Shown here in pieces: positions 19,524 to 30,063 of a DNA stretch of 64,000 nt (position 1 is the stretch's first letter; every line of letters begins with the position of its first letter). This DNA comes from Faecalimonas sp. (GTDB lineage: Bacteria; Bacillota; Clostridia; Lachnospirales; Lachnospiraceae). The notes under the pieces are model-generated. The model had not been told where the DNA came from, did no database searches, and was given only the letters and a program-made list of their open reading frames with translations. The stretch spans positions 5,165-69,164 of the forward strand of contig JAZRON010000033.1 in assembly GCA_045648725.1 (NCBI GenBank), given 5' to 3'. Position numbers and translations under genes: made by a program.

Positions 19524-21182
19524 TTGGCAACTAAGACAATTAATGCAGAAATGCTTTCTAAGATGTTTTTGGCAGGTGCCGCAAACATTGAAGCAAAGAA
19601 AGAATTTATCAATGAGTTGAACGTTTTCCCAGTTCCAGATGGTGATACCGGTACCAATATGTCTCTTACAATCATGGCTGCAGCGAAAGAAGTGACAGCA
19701 TTAGATACTGTAACTATGGAGAAGCTTGCAAAAGCCATATCATCCGGTTCTCTTCGCGGTGCGCGTGGGAATTCAGGTGTTATTCTGTCCCAATTGTTCC
19801 GTGGTTTTACAAAGGCAATCAAGGAATCAAAAGAGATTGATGTCATGACATTAGCCAATGCACTTGATAAGGCGAAGGACACCGCTTATAAAGCAGTAAT
19901 GAAGCCAAAGGAGGGTACAATCCTTACAGTAGCAAAAGGAATTGCAGACAAAGGTTTGGAATTGGCTGAGACAGTAGATGATTTAGAAGAATTTATTCCA
20001 CAGGTAATTGAGCATGCGGAATATGTATTATCAAAGACTCCGGATATGCTTCCGGTATTAAAAGAGGCAGGTGTAGTAGACTCTGGTGGACAAGGTCTTT
20101 TGGAAGTTCTGAAGGGTGCATATGATGCATTCTTGGGAAAAGAGATTGATTATAGCCAGATTGCACCGAGTAATTCTGTTAATATGACAAAGATCAGTGC
20201 AGAGACAAACGCAGAGATTAAGTTTGGATATTGTACGGAATTTATCATTATGACAGAAAAAGAGTTTACAGACAAAGATGAGATGGAATTCAAGGCATAC
20301 TTGGAATCTATCGGGGATTCTATCGTATGTGTGGCAGATGATGAGATTGTAAAAATCCACGTTCATACCAATGACCCAGGCTTGGCTATCCAAAAAGCAT
20401 TAACTTATGGTCAACTTTCACGTATGAAGATTGACAATATGCGTGAAGAACACGAGGAAAAGTTAATCCGTGAAGCTGAAAAAATGGCAAAAGAACAGAA
20501 AGCCAAGGAAAGAGCAGAGCAGAAAGAATTTGGCTTTATTGCAGTTTCTATTGGCGAAGGGTTGAATGATATCTTCAAAGAACTTGGGGTAGACTACATC
20601 ATTGAAGGTGGTCAGACTATGAACCCAAGTACAGACGATATGCTGAATGCAATTGACCAGGTAAATGCCAAACATGTATTTATCTTCCCGAACAATAAAA
20701 ACATCACACTTGCAGCAAATCAAGCGAAATCTTTGGTGACGGATAAAGAAGTAATAGTAATTCCGACAAAGACAGTACCACAAGGGATTACAGCAATCAT
20801 TAACTTTGTACCGGATATGTCGGCAGAAGAAAATGAAGAAGTGATGTTGGAAGAGATCAAAAGGGTAAAATCAGGTCAGGTAACCTATGCTGTGCGTGAT
20901 ACAAATCTGGATGGAAAAGAGATTCATACAGACGATATTATGGGTATTGGGGATGCAGGTATTATTTCCGTAGGCAAAGAGATTGAAGCAACCACATTGG
21001 AGATGCTTGCAGAACTTGTCGATGAAGATTCGGAATTAATCAGTATCTATTATGGTGCGGATGTAACAGAAGATGATGCAACTGCACTGACAGAAAAGAT
21101 AGAAGAATTATATCCGGATGTGGATGTAGACGCCCATTTTGGTGGACAACCGATTTATTACTATGTTTTAGCGGTAGAATAA
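19524..21182 (+). CDS. fakA: DAK2 domain fatty acid kinase subunit A (YloV)
   Basis: LNVFPVPDGDTGTNM, GARGNSGVILSQ and GGQTMNPST motifs. Confidence 0.92.
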   Translation: MATKTINAEMLSKMFLAGAANIEAKKEFINELNVFPVPDGDTGTNMSLTIMAAAKEVTALDTVTMEKLAKAISSGSLRGARGNSGVILSQLFRGFTKAIKESKEIDVMTLANALDKAKDTAYKAVMKPKEGTILTVAKGIADKGLELAETVDDLEEFIPQVIEHAEYVLSKTPDMLPVLKEAGVVDSGGQGLLEVLKGAYDAFLGKEIDYSQIAPSNSVNMTKISAETNAEIKFGYCTEFIIMTEKEFTDKDEMEFKAYLESIGDSIVCVADDEIVKIHVHTNDPGLAIQKALTYGQLSRMKIDNMREEHEEKLIREAEKMAKEQKAKERAEQKEFGFIAVSIGEGLNDIFKELGVDYIIEGGQTMNPSTDDMLNAIDQVNAKHVFIFPNNKNITLAANQAKSLVTDKEVIVIPTKTVPQGITAIINFVPDMSAEENEEVMLEEIKRVKSGQVTYAVRDTNLDGKEIHTDDIMGIGDAGIISVGKEIEATTLEMLAELVDEDSELISIYYGADVTEDDATALTEKIEELYPDVDVDAHFGGQPIYYYVLAVE

Positions 21183-21191
21183 AAATGTACA

Positions 21192-21222
21192 AAAGGAGAT
21201 TGCGCGTGTCGTAATCTCCTTT
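21192..21222 (+). terminator. Intrinsic terminator after fakA
   Basis: AAGGAGATTGCG-N5-CGTAATCTCCTT followed by T. Confidence 0.65.
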
Positions 21223-21249
21223 ATAACAATATAAATGAAAGGATTTTGT

Positions 21250-23310
21250 ATGAACGAATTGTCAAGAATCAGCGAGTTAAAAGGCGTTGGTGATAAAAGT
21301 GAAAAAATGTTTCAAAAATTAAATATTTATACTATTGGCGATTTGCTTCGTTATTATCCACGTGGATATGAAATATATGAAAAGCCGGTTTTGATTCAGG
21401 ATGTTGAAGAAGGAAAAGTTGTCACCATTAGCGGAAACATATTTGGTAAGGTTCAAGTTGCAAATATGAAAAATTTGCAAGTGACAACTGCTTACATCAA
21501 AGATTTATCGGGAACAATAAAAGTAGTATGGTTCCGTATGCCATTTCTTCGAAATACATTAAAAAGTGGCAGCGTGATTACCCTTCGTGGCCGCATTGTG
21601 AATAAACGTGGAAACATGCAGATGGAACATCCTGAGATTTTCTATCCTAGCATACAGTATGACCAGAAATTAGATACAATGCAGCCGGTTTATCCGTTGA
21701 CAGCAGGTTTATCCAATCAGATGGTTTTAAAAACAATGAAACAGGCTATTGAATATTTGGATTTAAAACGTGAATTTCTTCCAAACTCTGTACGCATGGA
21801 ATATCATTTGGCAGAATATAATTTTGCGGTAAGGCAGATACATTTTCCGGAAAATAAAGAGTCTTTCTATCTGGCAAGAGAACGACTTGTGTTTGAGGAA
21901 TTTCTCGTGTTTATTCTTGCACTTCGACAGATGAAGGAAAGTAATGACAGACAACAGAATTCATTTACATTTCCAAATAGTGAGAGAGTTACGCAATTTA
22001 TAAATAAACTACCATATGAACTTACCGGTGCGCAGAAGAAAGTCTGGCAGGAAATTCAGACAGATATGAATAGTAATCGCGTTATGTCTCGGTTGATTCA
22101 AGGTGATGTTGGTTCAGGGAAGACGATTATTGCCCTCTTAGGCTTGATGCTAGCTGCTTTAAATGGATATCAAGGTGCATTGATGGCGCCGACAGAAGTG
22201 TTGGCAAAACAACATTATGAGTCCATTGGGGAGTTGTTAGAGAAATATCAGATTCCAATACAAATAGAACTTTTGACGGGTTCTATGACGGTAAAAGAAA
22301 AGCGAGAAGCTTATGAAAGAATTGAGTCTGGAGAAGCACAGATTATCATTGGTACTCATGCGTTAATTCAAGAAAAGGTAAATTATCATTCTCTAGCATT
22401 GGTGGTAACCGATGAACAACACCGATTTGGTGTAAAACAACGGGAGAAATTAGCTGAAAAAGGGTGCTCACCTCACATTCTGGTTATGAGCGCAACGCCA
22501 ATTCCAAGAACCTTGGCCATTATTCTCTACGGTGACTTAGATATTTCCGTGATTGATGAATTGCCGGCAAATCGACTTCCAATTAAAAACTGTGTGGTGG
22601 ATACGGGATATCGAAATACGGCATACAATTTCATCAAGAAGCAAGTTGGAGAGGGCAGACAGTGTTATGTGATTTGCCCGATGGTAGAAGAAAGTGAAGC
22701 CATGGAGGCAGAAAATGTCTTGGATTATTCCAAAGCACTGCAAGAAGAATTAGGTGATTCTATCCGAGTCTCCCACCTGCATGGCAAAATGAAGCAAAAA
22801 GAAAAAGATGCCATTATGGAAGCCTTTGGAAAGAACGAGATTCAGGTACTCGTTTCAACAACTGTAATAGAAGTAGGTATCAATGTTCCAAATGCCACGG
22901 TCATGATGGTGGAAAATGCAGAACGTTTCGGTCTTGCACAGCTTCATCAGCTTCGTGGGCGTGTAGGACGTGGAAAACATCAATCTTACTGCATTTTTAT
23001 GAGTGCTTCAAAAACAAAGGATACACAGGAACGCTTATCTATTTTAAATAAGACAAATGACGGATTTAAAATTGCCAGTGAGGACTTGAAACTAAGGGGC
23101 CCGGGAGATTTATTTGGAATTAGACAAAGCGGTATTTTGGATTTTAAATTGGGAGATGTGTTCCAGGATGCAAAGATTCTCCAAAGAGCAAGTGAGGCTG
23201 CAGAAGGTTTGCTACGAAAAGATTCGAAACTTGAATTGGAAGAAAATAAAAATTTAAAACAGTATTTGCAATATTACATAAAGCAAGGAATGATTGAGAC
23301 AACGCTTTAA
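21250..23310 (+). CDS. recG: ATP-dependent DNA helicase RecG
   Basis: QGDVGSGKT, DEQHRFGV, MSATPIPRT and QLRGRVGRG motifs. Confidence 0.97.
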   Translation: MNELSRISELKGVGDKSEKMFQKLNIYTIGDLLRYYPRGYEIYEKPVLIQDVEEGKVVTISGNIFGKVQVANMKNLQVTTAYIKDLSGTIKVVWFRMPFLRNTLKSGSVITLRGRIVNKRGNMQMEHPEIFYPSIQYDQKLDTMQPVYPLTAGLSNQMVLKTMKQAIEYLDLKREFLPNSVRMEYHLAEYNFAVRQIHFPENKESFYLARERLVFEEFLVFILALRQMKESNDRQQNSFTFPNSERVTQFINKLPYELTGAQKKVWQEIQTDMNSNRVMSRLIQGDVGSGKTIIALLGLMLAALNGYQGALMAPTEVLAKQHYESIGELLEKYQIPIQIELLTGSMTVKEKREAYERIESGEAQIIIGTHALIQEKVNYHSLALVVTDEQHRFGVKQREKLAEKGCSPHILVMSATPIPRTLAIILYGDLDISVIDELPANRLPIKNCVVDTGYRNTAYNFIKKQVGEGRQCYVICPMVEESEAMEAENVLDYSKALQEELGDSIRVSHLHGKMKQKEKDAIMEAFGKNEIQVLVSTTVIEVGINVPNATVMMVENAERFGLAQLHQLRGRVGRGKHQSYCIFMSASKTKDTQERLSILNKTNDGFKIASEDLKLRGPGDLFGIRQSGILDFKLGDVFQDAKILQRASEAAEGLLRKDSKLELEENKNLKQYLQYYIKQGMIETTL

Positions 23311-23331
23311 AACACTAGGATAAATATACCA

Positions 23332-23360
23332 GAGTAGTTTTAAGAATCCTCCACATACTA
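23332..23360 (+). promoter_or_regulatory. Putative sigma-G promoter of the SASP gene
   Basis: GAGTA-17-CATACTA; the -10 matches the sigma-G consensus. Confidence 0.55.
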
Positions 23361-23414
23361 TCAATGTAACATCAAACGAAGTTACGAAAAGTTATTTAAA
23401 GGAGGAAAACGATT

Positions 23415-23621
23415 ATGTCAAGTCGTTCATCAAACAGAGCAGCTGTACCAGAAGCAAAAGCTGCATTAGACAAATTCAAATACGAAGTAGCAAGCGAACT
23501 TGGAGTACCATTAAAAGAAGGTTACAATGGTGACTTAACATCAAGACAGAATGGTTCAGTTGGCGGTTATATGGTTAAGAAAATGATCGAACAACAAGAA
23601 AGACAAATGTCTGGTAAATAA
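23415..23621 (+). CDS. Alpha/beta-type small acid-soluble spore protein
   Basis: KFKYEVASELGV and GDLTSRQNGSVGGYMVK motifs. Confidence 0.95.
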   Translation: MSSRSSNRAAVPEAKAALDKFKYEVASELGVPLKEGYNGDLTSRQNGSVGGYMVKKMIEQQERQMSGK

Positions 23622-23634
23622 GAAATGAAGTAGT

Positions 23635-23669
23635 AAAAAGGTGTGATTCTTTGGAATTGCACCTTTTTT
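23635..23669 (+). terminator. Intrinsic terminator after the SASP gene
   Basis: AAAAAGGTGTGATTC-TTTG-GAATTGCACCTTTTTT. Confidence 0.8.
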
Positions 23670-23675
23670 ACTGTG

Positions 23676-23704
23676 TTGACAAGATTTTTTGATGTTCGTA
23701 TAAT
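23676..23704 (+). promoter_or_regulatory. Consensus sigma-A promoter of rsmD-coaD
   Basis: TTGACA-17-TATAAT. Confidence 0.85.
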
Positions 23705-23738
23705 AAAAAAAGAAAATGCAGGGAAGTGAAGAAGTATC

Positions 23739-24293
23739 ATGCGTGTGATTGCAGGTAGTGCAAAAAGAATACAATTAAAAACCATAGAAGGACTTGACAC
23801 AAGACCGACCACAGACCGAATCAAAGAAACATTGTTTAATATGATATCGGAATATTTAGCAGACTCTACATTTCTTGATTTGTTTAGTGGTAGCGGTGGC
23901 ATCGGTATTGAAGCCTTAAGCAGAGGTGCATCCAGTGCAGTTTTTGTAGAACAAAGCAAAAATGCTATGAATTGTATTAAAGAAAATTTAAAGGTTACAA
24001 AACTTGTAGATCGAGCAGAGACATTTGAAATGGATGTCATCAGTGCATTGCATCGCATGGATCATCATAAAAAGTTTGATTACGTTTTTATGGATCCACC
24101 ATACAATCAGTTTTTAGAAAAGAAGGTTTTAGAGTACTTAAGTAGCTCGGCTTTGCTATCAGAGGATGCACTAGTTATTGTAGAGGCTTCCTTGGAAACT
24201 GATTTTTCTTATGTAGAAGAACTGGGATTCGATATTGTAAAGGAAAAAGTATATAAAACAAATAAGCACATTTTTTTGGAAAAAGTATTGTAA
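23739..24293 (+). CDS. rsmD: 16S rRNA m2G966 methyltransferase
   Basis: RPTTDRIKETLFN, LDLFSGSG and DPPY motifs. Confidence 0.95.
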   Translation: MRVIAGSAKRIQLKTIEGLDTRPTTDRIKETLFNMISEYLADSTFLDLFSGSGGIGIEALSRGASSAVFVEQSKNAMNCIKENLKVTKLVDRAETFEMDVISALHRMDHHKKFDYVFMDPPYNQFLEKKVLEYLSSSALLSEDALVIVEASLETDFSYVEELGFDIVKEKVYKTNKHIFLEKVL

Positions 24294-24309
24294 AAAGGAG
24301 TAAAAACAT

Positions 24310-24801
24310 ATGCTAAGAGCCATTTATCCGGGAAGTTTTGACCCAGTAACCAACGGTCATATAGACATCATCAAACGCGCAGCTGCTATTTCTGATGAAT
24401 TAATTGTGGGCGTTTTGCAAAATAAAGCAAAAACTCCGTTGTTTTCTGTCGAAGAACGTGTTATAATGTTACGCGAAGTTACGAAAAATTTAAAAAATGT
24501 GAAAATTGTGACCTTTGAGGGGTTACTAATTGACTTTGCAGCTCAAATGGATGCAAAGGTCATCGTAAGGGGATTGCGTGCAATCACAGACTTCGAATAC
24601 GAATTACAGATGTCACAGACTAATAGAAAATTAAATGCAGATATAGAGACACTGTTTTTAACAACCAGTTTGGAATATTCATTTTTGAGTTCCACAACGG
24701 TAAAAGAAGTTGCAAGTTTTGGTGGAGATATTACACAATTTGTGCCTGAATTTGTAGCAGAAAAAATCACAGAAAAGATAAAAGAAAAAAGGAGAGTATA
24801 A
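24310..24801 (+). CDS. coaD: Pantetheine-phosphate adenylyltransferase
   Basis: [16 protein letters not shown] and SSTTVKE motifs. Confidence 0.97.
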   Translation: MLRAIYPGSFDPVTNGHIDIIKRAAAISDELIVGVLQNKAKTPLFSVEERVIMLREVTKNLKNVKIVTFEGLLIDFAAQMDAKVIVRGLRAITDFEYELQMSQTNRKLNADIETLFLTTSLEYSFLSSTTVKEVASFGGDITQFVPEFVAEKITEKIKEKRRV

Positions 24802-24802
24802 A

Positions 24803-25396
24803 ATGAGCAGTCGTATTGAACAAATTATTGAAGAAATTGAAGAGTATATTGACAGTTGTAAATTCCAACCATTGTCAACAACTAAAATTGTAGTTAATAA
24901 GGATCAGATGGATGAATTATTACGTGAATTACGTATGAAGACTCCGGATGAGATCAAACGTTACCAAAAAATTATTGCAAATAAGGATGCTATCTTGGCT
25001 GACGCACAGGCAAAAGCTGAAAGCATGATTGAAGAAGCACAGATTCACACAAATCAATTGGTAAGTGAACATGAGATCATGCAACAGGCTTACGCGCAGG
25101 CAAACGACATTGTTATGGCTGCAACAGAGCAAGCGCAACAGATTCTTGACAATGCGACTAACGATGCAAACGATATCCGCATCGGTGCTATGCAATATAC
25201 AAGTGATTTGATGGCACAAGCAGAAAGCATCATTGGACATACATTAGACAGTTATACTACAAAGTATGATGGTTTAGTAAATTCTCTTCGCGAATGCTAC
25301 GATATTGTTCGTGCAAATCGCGCAGAGTTAGAAGTTCCAGACATGTCAGCTCGTGGAATGGAAGCTGAATTTGGAGTAGACCTTATCGAGGAATAA
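24803..25396 (+). CDS. Coiled-coil protein (DivIVA / ATP synthase b-like) typically found after coaD
   Basis: Alanine/glutamine-rich heptads; conserved position. Confidence 0.75.
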   Translation: MSSRIEQIIEEIEEYIDSCKFQPLSTTKIVVNKDQMDELLRELRMKTPDEIKRYQKIIANKDAILADAQAKAESMIEEAQIHTNQLVSEHEIMQQAYAQANDIVMAATEQAQQILDNATNDANDIRIGAMQYTSDLMAQAESIIGHTLDSYTTKYDGLVNSLRECYDIVRANRAELEVPDMSARGMEAEFGVDLIEE

Positions 25397-26300
25397 TCCT
25401 TACATAGAGAAAAGCTAGTAAACTGGTTACCATTGCGGTGACCAGTTTTTCTATTGTGTAATTAAAAATAGAGAGTTTTGTCCCTGTCAGCATGGCACCG
25501 GTTTGAGCGATAGCACAGACTCCCCCAAAAGAGGTTAATAGTAGAATCAAAATGTAAGAAATATCAAAGTTTGAAACATGCATTAAAATATGGGGTATCC
25601 CATTTGTAATTTCCAAAAAAGGAAGCAAATAGGTAATTGGAAGTAACTTCCCCAAAGAAAACAGAATAGAGAATAATATGATGTATCCTCCAACTTTCGT
25701 AATGTTTTCAAATGCATTCATAATGCAATTATCGAAAATCTCGAAAGAAAAACAAAGGTTTCTGTTTGATGATTCTTTTATATGCAATGCATTCTGTTTT
25801 ACATGATAGCATTTGCGAAACAAAAAACTACAAATAATTGGTGACAGATATAGAATCAACAATGTGGGAAAAAGAAGTGATTCATCTTTAAAATTCTGGA
25901 TTACAATATAACTCATGATAAATGCAGGACTTGTATTGTTGCAAAAAGAAAGCAGATATTTTGCCTCTGAAGTAGAAATGTATCCTGTTTTTGCTAAGTC
26001 TGCAGTTACTTTTGCGCCTACAGGATATCCGCATAAAAATCCTGCCAAGACAGCAAAACTTCCGTTTGAAGACACCGAAAATAAACGTTGCAAGAGTGGG
26101 GCGCACACGTAGGATATGTATAATATAGAATTTGTATGTATTAATAGATTGGTAAGCATGAAAAACGGTAATAGTGTTGGCAGTACAATTTGAAACCAAA
26201 GTAAAAGACCATCACTTGCACCGGACAAAGTTTCCTTAGGGAAACAAAGCATAAGAAAGAAAAATAAAATGCTTACAATGGCAAAGAATATTTGCTTCAT
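25383..26300 (-). CDS. ylbJ: YlbJ-like sporulation integral membrane protein
   Basis: GLLLWFQIVLPTLLPF, CGYPVGAK, CNNTSPAF, LEITNG and SFGG motifs. Confidence 0.8.
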   Translation of the reverse strand: MKQIFFAIVSILFFFLMLCFPKETLSGASDGLLLWFQIVLPTLLPFFMLTNLLIHTNSILYISYVCAPLLQRLFSVSSNGSFAVLAGFLCGYPVGAKVTADLAKTGYISTSEAKYLLSFCNNTSPAFIMSYIVIQNFKDESLLFPTLLILYLSPIICSFLFRKCYHVKQNALHIKESSNRNLCFSFEIFDNCIMNAFENITKVGGYIILFSILFSLGKLLPITYLLPFLEITNGIPHILMHVSNFDISYILILLLTSFGGVCAIAQTGAMLTGTKLSIFNYTIEKLVTAMVTSLLAFLYVRIIPR

Positions 26301-26324
26301 AGACAAACTCCATTAGTTTTGTAA

Positions 26325-26351
26325 ATTATATGTTCAATGGAAGAAAGTTAT
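26325..26351 (-). promoter_or_regulatory. Putative sigma-E promoter of ylbJ
   Basis: Minus strand ATA-16-CATATAAT; ylbJ is sigma-E dependent in Bacillus. Confidence 0.45.
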
Positions 26352-26386
26352 AACCCGCGGCATATAGTAAAACAAAAAGGGATTTT

Positions 26387-27232
26387 ATGACAGGTAGAAT
26401 GATTCGTAAATTAGGAGTGCTCGTTTTTTTGTGTGCACTGTTTTCTGAAGTATGGATTTTGAAGGTTGTGTCGGATAGTCAGATGGAACGATTGTCTGCT
26501 AGTACAGTTCGAAAAATGGAATACAGAGATCAGGAGATAGGGGAAGAAATGTTATCTTATATTGAAAACAAAGAATCGCCGTCTATGGAGATTGGCTTGT
26601 ATTTGTTGGAAAGTAAGTTTGGCTATCAACCTTTTTCTAACACATTTCAGGAGCAAAGTTTTATGAGGTTGAAAGATAAATGGAAGAAACGAGATGGATG
26701 GGACACTTATTTGGAATATACAGAAGCAATTTGGGATGATGTGAAATACTTCCCAGTTCCGGAATCTACCACAGACAAAAAGATGACAGTAAGTTTTACA
26801 AATAGTTGGATGACAGAGCGTACATATGGGGGTAAAAGAGGACACGAGGGAACTGATATTATGGCAACACAAAACTTGGCCGGCATATATCCGATTGCCA
26901 GTATGACGGATGGTATTATCCGAAGTAAAGGGTGGCTTGAAAAAGGTGGGTATCGAATCGGAGTGGAGGCGCCCTCGGGAGCCTATTTTTATTATGCACA
27001 TCTGGATTCTTATGCGCGGATAGAAATTGGGGATGAAGTAAAGGCGGGAGATTTGCTTGGTTTTATGGGGGATACAGGATATGGAGCAGAGGGAACTACA
27101 GGAAAATTCCCGGTACATTTGCATGTGGGAATATATATTTATCCAGAGGAACAGGAAATGAGCATAAATCCATATTGGGTTTTACGGTATTTGGAAACAA
27201 GGAAGTTGAAGTGTGCGTATGAAAGTCTATAA
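26387..27232 (+). CDS. M23 family metallopeptidase
   Basis: HEGTD (HxxxD), YYAHL and HLH motifs; N-terminal hydrophobic segment. Confidence 0.9.
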   Translation: MTGRMIRKLGVLVFLCALFSEVWILKVVSDSQMERLSASTVRKMEYRDQEIGEEMLSYIENKESPSMEIGLYLLESKFGYQPFSNTFQEQSFMRLKDKWKKRDGWDTYLEYTEAIWDDVKYFPVPESTTDKKMTVSFTNSWMTERTYGGKRGHEGTDIMATQNLAGIYPIASMTDGIIRSKGWLEKGGYRIGVEAPSGAYFYYAHLDSYARIEIGDEVKAGDLLGFMGDTGYGAEGTTGKFPVHLHVGIYIYPEEQEMSINPYWVLRYLETRKLKCAYESL

Positions 27233-27314
27233 ATCTTACTTCCATGTCTAAAAATGTGGTATGTTCCAAAAAAATATGCTATACTAAATCATAATGCTCT
27301 TATGGAGGATGAAA

Positions 27315-28697
27315 ATGAATTTACCGGTTGCGTTTACAGATAAAATGAAAAAATTACTTGGAAATGAGTATGATGAATATATTGCATGCTATGACGAGAC
27401 AAGATTATATGGTCTACGCGTAAATACAAAGAAAATAAGTGTAGAGGAATTCAAAAAAATCTGCCCATTTGAAATAAGGCCGATTCCGTGGATTGAAAAT
27501 GGATTTTACTATGATGGAGAAAAGGTGCAAGCAGCAAAGCATCCATATTATTTCGCAGGACTTTATTATCTGCAGGAACCTAGCGCTATGACACCAGCCA
27601 ATAGGCTTCCGATAGAGCCAGGAGACAAGGTTCTTGATGTATGTGCTGCACCGGGCGGAAAAGCAACAGAACTTGGCGCAAAACTAAAAGGTGAAGGGGT
27701 ACTCATTGCAAACGATATTAGCAATTCCAGAGCGAAAGGATTACTGAAAAACATAGAAGTATTTGGAATTGGAAATGTATTGGTATTAAGCGAAGAACCT
27801 GGTAAGTTGGAAGAATATTTTCCGGAATATTTCGATAAAATTTTGATTGACGCACCTTGTTCCGGAGAGGGAATGTTCCGAAAAGACAAGAAAATGGTAA
27901 AGGCATGGGAGGAGCATGGACCAGCATTTTTTGCGAAAATTCAGAGAAGTATTGTGACCCAGGCTGCCAGAATGTTAAAACCGGGTGGCATGATGCTATA
28001 TTCAACCTGTACATTTGATCCAGAAGAAAATGAGGGAACCATTGAATATCTGATGCAGCAATATCCGGAATTTGAAATTAAGGAGATTCGTCCATATGAA
28101 GGGTTCGCATGTGGGAAACCGGAAGTAACTGAATTCAAAGATGAAAGTTTTGCAAAGACGGTTCGCATTTGGCCACATAAGATGCATGGAGAAGGCCATT
28201 ATGTTGCACTGCTTCAAAAGGGCGAAAAGATAGAAAAAGATACTTTAAAAGCCTCTAAAAATAAAGCTAAAAAAGTACCGGAAGAGATTCTGGAATTTTT
28301 CAAAGATGTGTATTGGGAGATGGATTGGAGCCGTTTAGAACTTTATAGTGAAAAGGTTTACTATATGCCGGAAGATATCCCGAATGTAAAAGGAATCCGC
28401 TTCCTTAGAACGGGCTTATACCTTGGTGATTTAAAGAAGAATCGATTTGAGCCAAGCCAGTCATTAGCAATGTGTCTCAAGCGTGAAGAATATAAAAACA
28501 CGGTAAATCTTACTGTGGAGGATGAACGTGTAATTAAGTATCTAAAAGGAGAAACCATCGATGTGGATGACATTGTTTCAGCAAAAGCAAAGGGATGGCA
28601 GTTGGTATTAGTAGATGGATATCCTTTGGGTTGGGGTAAACTTGCAAATGGAACTTTAAAAAATAAATATTTGCCTGGATGGAGATGGCAGTCATAA
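27315..28697 (+). CDS. rsmF: RsmF/RsmB-NOP2 family rRNA m5C methyltransferase
   Basis: QEPSAM, CAAPGGK, DAPCSGEG and YSTCT motifs; C-terminal PUA-like domain. Confidence 0.88.
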   Translation: MNLPVAFTDKMKKLLGNEYDEYIACYDETRLYGLRVNTKKISVEEFKKICPFEIRPIPWIENGFYYDGEKVQAAKHPYYFAGLYYLQEPSAMTPANRLPIEPGDKVLDVCAAPGGKATELGAKLKGEGVLIANDISNSRAKGLLKNIEVFGIGNVLVLSEEPGKLEEYFPEYFDKILIDAPCSGEGMFRKDKKMVKAWEEHGPAFFAKIQRSIVTQAARMLKPGGMMLYSTCTFDPEENEGTIEYLMQQYPEFEIKEIRPYEGFACGKPEVTEFKDESFAKTVRIWPHKMHGEGHYVALLQKGEKIEKDTLKASKNKAKKVPEEILEFFKDVYWEMDWSRLELYSEKVYYMPEDIPNVKGIRFLRTGLYLGDLKKNRFEPSQSLAMCLKREEYKNTVNLTVEDERVIKYLKGETIDVDDIVSAKAKGWQLVLVDGYPLGWGKLANGTLKNKYLPGWRWQS

Positions 28698-29401
28698 TGA
28701 TTCGATTGGATAAATATTTGGCAGACATGGGTGTGGGCACCCGTGCAGAAGTAAAAAAGTATATTCGGCAAGGAAAAGTGAAAATTGACGGACTGGTTGT
28801 GAAGTCACCGGAAGAAAAGGTGGATATAGAGAGACAAGAGGTATCTTATCTTGACCAGCCTGTTAGTTATCAAACCTTTGAATATTATATGTTAAATAAA
28901 CCTGCAGGTGTTATTTCGGCAACAACGGATGAAAGAGAGAAAACGGTAATTGATTTAATTACAGATAAAAAACGTAAGGATTTGTTTCCCGTTGGTCGCT
29001 TGGACAAAGACACAGAGGGTCTTCTCTTAATTACAAATGATGGAGAGATGGCACATCGCCTGTTGTCACCGAAGAAGCATGTGGACAAGGTATATTATGC
29101 CAAAGTAAAAGGTGTTGTTACGGAAGTTGATGTAAAAGCATTTGCAGAAGGCGTTTCACTGGGACAAGATGAGATAGCTAAGCCTGCGATGTTAGAAATT
29201 ATAGATTCTGATGAAATCTCCGAAATTAGATTAACTATTCAGGAAGGAAAATTCCATCAGGTAAAACGCATGTTTTTATCGGTTGGAAAAGAAGTCATTT
29301 ATTTAAAACGATTGTCCATGGGAACACTTGTATTAGATGAAAATTTACCATTGGGCGGCTACAGACCGCTAAAAGCGGAGGAATTAGAACAATTATGTTA
29401 A
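28697..29401 (+). CDS. rsuA: RsuA family pseudouridine synthase
   Basis: S4 domain (RLDKYL), GRLDKDTEGLLL and EGKFHQVKRM motifs. Confidence 0.88.
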   Translation: MIRLDKYLADMGVGTRAEVKKYIRQGKVKIDGLVVKSPEEKVDIERQEVSYLDQPVSYQTFEYYMLNKPAGVISATTDEREKTVIDLITDKKRKDLFPVGRLDKDTEGLLLITNDGEMAHRLLSPKKHVDKVYYAKVKGVVTEVDVKAFAEGVSLGQDEIAKPAMLEIIDSDEISEIRLTIQEGKFHQVKRMFLSVGKEVIYLKRLSMGTLVLDENLPLGGYRPLKAEELEQLC

Positions 29402-30063
29402 AAGATATAGAAGCAATTATTTTTGATATAGATGGAACTCTTATTGATTCCATGTGGATTTGGGAAAATATTGATGAACTGTTTTTGGAAAAATATCATC
29501 TGGAAAAGCCGGAAGGTTTCCATGAAGGAATGGAAGGCATGAGTTACTCTGAGACAGCCCAATATTTCCTTGATTTGTTTCCGAGTCTTCCCCATACCAG
29601 AGAAGAACTGGAGCAAGAGTGGTATGATATGGCATATGAGATTTATACCACACAGATGGAATTAAAAAAAGGTGCATATGATTTTATAAAAAGTATGCAT
29701 GAAAAGGGAATAAAACTTGGAATTGCCACAAGCAACAACAGAGAATTGGCAGAAGGAACACTGAAAAACAATAAGGTGATGGAATATATGGGGGCTATCT
29801 GGACTTCCTGTGAAGCAGGTGCAGGAAAACCAAATCCTGCAGTATATTTAAACGTTGCCAAGGATTTAGGGGTGGACCCAAAGAATTGTCTTGTGTTTGA
29901 AGATGTTTCCAATGGAATTTTGGCCGGTAAAAATGCGGGAATGAAAGTATGTGCAGTGGACGACAAGTTTTCCAGAAATCAGGAAGAAAAGAAGCGTCAA
30001 TTGGCCGATTATTACATTCAGGACTATGACGATATTAAGAATAACACCTATGAGGTACTTTAA
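29395..30063 (+). CDS. HAD family phosphatase
   Basis: DIDGTLIDS, KPNP and FEDV motifs. Confidence 0.9.
   Translation: MLKDIEAIIFDIDGTLIDSMWIWENIDELFLEKYHLEKPEGFHEGMEGMSYSETAQYFLDLFPSLPHTREELEQEWYDMAYEIYTTQMELKKGAYDFIKSMHEKGIKLGIATSNNRELAEGTLKNNKVMEYMGAIWTSCEAGAGKPNPAVYLNVAKDLGVDPKNCLVFEDVSNGILAGKNAGMKVCAVDDKFSRNQEEKKRQLADYYIQDYDDIKNNTYEVL

Noticed and set aside
24459-24468. TGTTATAAT extended -10 inside coaD
   Set aside because: It has no convincing -35 and is explained by the coding sequence; it cannot be supported without TSS data.
25383-25396. Convergent 14-nt overlap of the coiled-coil gene and ylbJ
   Set aside because: Short 3' overlaps are common, and nothing else suggests antisense control.
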